From: Longimicrobiales bacterium
Lineage (GTDB): Bacteria; Gemmatimonadota; Gemmatimonadetes; Longimicrobiales; Gaopeijiaceae
Direction of reading: 5' to 3'
Assembly (NCBI GenBank): GCA_965197725.1
Contig: CBDANQ010000057.1
Span: 1-64,000 of the forward strand
Length of the DNA: 64,000 bases
Of the stretch, positions 62,087 through 64,000 are shown piece after piece. The position numbers and the translations under genes were made by a program. How positions within the stretch are numbered: the first letter of the stretch is position 1; every line of letters begins with the position of its first letter. Under the pieces are notes generated by a model, which was not told where the DNA came from, ran no database searches, and was given only the letters and a program-made list of their open reading frames with translations.

Positions 62087-63713
62087 GGTGAATTCAAGCG
62101 GTCGTCGCAACACCTCGAGGAGGAGTTGCGATGGAGGCAAGCAAGCGCCGACGAGCGGATCGAGCTCTACGTCCACAGATGCGTTCACCAGGCCGTCCGC
62201 CGGTGGGACGCCGCGAGCATCGGCAGAGGTTCTGGGAAGAGGTCGCTCGAGGTCTGTCGAGCGAGGAGGCCGCCGTGGCAGCGGGTGTGTCCCCCGCTGT
62301 CGGGGTGCGCTGGTTTCGCGAATGTGGTGGCATGGCACCCCTCAATCTTCGTCCCCAGTCACGGCGCTATCTTTCGTTCGTTGAGCGAGAAGAGATCGCC
62401 GTTCTTCGAGCCCGTGGTCGTGGCGTGCGCGAGATCGCCCGGCAGTTGGGCCGCTCACCCTCGACGATCTCGCGAGAACTGGGGCGAAACGCAGCTACAC
62501 GGGGAGGCAATCTCGAGTATCGGGCCACGACCGCTCAATGGCACGCCGATCGGCGAGCGAAACGTCCCAAGCTTGCGAAGCTCGCTACGAACGGTGAACT
62601 GAGGCAGTATGTACAGGATCGCCTCGGAGGCCTGATCGCGGCTTCAGATGGTACGGCCGTGGCGGGCCCCGATGTGCGCTGGATCGGACGGCGTCGCGGT
62701 CGCCGACAAGACCGGCGGTGGGCGGTCTCGTGGAGTCCCGAGCAGATCGCCAACAGGCTACGGGTCGACTTCCCCGACGATGAGTCCATGCGTATATCGC
62801 ACGAAGCCATCTACCAGGCGCTCTACGTTCAGGGCCGTGGTGCGCTGCGACGGGAGCTGACAGCGTGCCTTCGGACGGGACGCGCGCTACGGGTGCCTCG
62901 AGCTCGCACCCGCGGACGGGGCAAGACGTTCGTTCACCCCGAGATCATGCTCAGTGAGCGACCGGCCGAGGCAGACGACCGCGCCGTTCCCGGGCACTGG
63001 GAAGGCGACCTGATCCTGGGACTGGGCAGTTCGGCGATCGGAACGCTGGTCGAGCGGGCCTCCCGGTTTACGATGCTGCTCCACCTCCCCCGCCTTGACA
63101 AACACGGCGAGCCCAGGACCAAGAACGGTCCAGCGTTGGCTGGACACGGTGCCGAAGCCGTCCGGGACGCGATTGCTTCGTCGATCACGACCCTGCCCGA
63201 GCAACTCCGCCGGTCTCTGACATGGGACCAGGGAACAGAGATGGCTCAGCACGAACGGCTTCGCATCGATACTGGCCTGGCCGTCTACTTCTGCGACCCG
63301 CAGAGCCCGTGGCAGCGCGGCACGAACGAAAACACGAACGGCCTGTTGAGACAGTACTTCCCGAAGGGCACCGACCTCAGCAGACATACCGCTGACGATC
63401 TCGCCGCCGTCGCAGCCGCTCTCAACAGCCGCCCCCGCAAGACCCTCGGTTGGAGAACTCCGGCGGAAACCTTGGAAAATCTGTTGTCATCAAAGGACCA
63501 GACCTCAACCTTGCGTTGAAATGCTCTACCGCTCCCGTATCTCCAGCCTTCAACGACCTTCGGTCGCTTCTGACTCCCTCGGGTTGGGAGACATCAAGAA
63601 CTGACTTCTTTCTGTCTGGACCCCATCGCCCTCGCCAGCCTAGTGTCCAGCAACATCGGGGCGCATGAAAACCCTTCAACACGGTACTGTTGCGACGACC
63701 GCTTGAACCTAGG
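62087..63713 (+). mobile_element. IS30-family insertion sequence
   Basis: IR core ttcaagcggtcgtcgcaaca at both ends; boundaries uncertain by a few bp. Confidence 0.9.
62131..63519 (+). CDS. IS30 transposase
   Basis: LGRSPSTISREL, WSPEQI, GHWEGDL, TWDQGTEM, PWQRGTNENTNGLLRQYFPKG. Confidence 0.95.
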   Translation: MEASKRRRADRALRPQMRSPGRPPVGRREHRQRFWEEVARGLSSEEAAVAAGVSPAVGVRWFRECGGMAPLNLRPQSRRYLSFVEREEIAVLRARGRGVREIARQLGRSPSTISRELGRNAATRGGNLEYRATTAQWHADRRAKRPKLAKLATNGELRQYVQDRLGGLIAASDGTAVAGPDVRWIGRRRGRRQDRRWAVSWSPEQIANRLRVDFPDDESMRISHEAIYQALYVQGRGALRRELTACLRTGRALRVPRARTRGRGKTFVHPEIMLSERPAEADDRAVPGHWEGDLILGLGSSAIGTLVERASRFTMLLHLPRLDKHGEPRTKNGPALAGHGAEAVRDAIASSITTLPEQLRRSLTWDQGTEMAQHERLRIDTGLAVYFCDPQSPWQRGTNENTNGLLRQYFPKGTDLSRHTADDLAAVAAALNSRPRKTLGWRTPAETLENLLSSKDQTSTLR

Positions 63714-63732
63714 CTGGGTACCCTGATCGCTA

Positions 63733-63999
<267 letters not shown>

Positions 64000-64000
64000 C

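Overview
A high-GC bacterial chromosomal window; gene style suggests Gemmatimonadota, but this is an unverified inference. (1) 1-16.4 kb is a heavily decayed mobile/defence island. It holds three tyrosine-integrase remnants, an alpA gene split into two halves 5 kb apart, virB2/virB3 scraps, a fused BsuBI/PstI-type MTase-REase, a GHKL/MORC-type ATPase broken by a micro-inversion, a PD-(D/E)xK-like gene, an intact brnT-brnA pair, IS30/IS1595/IS3 pieces, and an ECF sigma/anti-sigma/ybjQ operon. (2) 16.7-35.7 kb is mostly metabolic: nadB (frameshifted), panG-like/panB/panC, and a divergent cluster of FAD/Fe-S oxidoreductase, class V aminotransferase, TRAP dctPQM, enoyl-CoA hydratase and CaiB CoA-transferase, followed by an esterase, an ArsB/NhaD permease and usp. 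(3) 35.9-43.4 kb is an IS256 followed by an IS-damaged peptide-export cluster with an intact C39-peptidase ABC transporter. (4) 43.4-59.5 kb has a NatAB-like ABC system with a CPBP fusion, a TPR protein, korAB, an Alg9/PIG-B-like glycosyltransferase, ggt and hemolysin III. (5) 59.5-64 kb is an IS pile-up: a second IS5/IS1182-like copy and an IS30 nested in an IS3. No rRNA, tRNA or CRISPR array was found. Many frameshifts and gene shards are present; some single-base shifts could be sequencing errors. All family calls are from motif recognition, not database searches.
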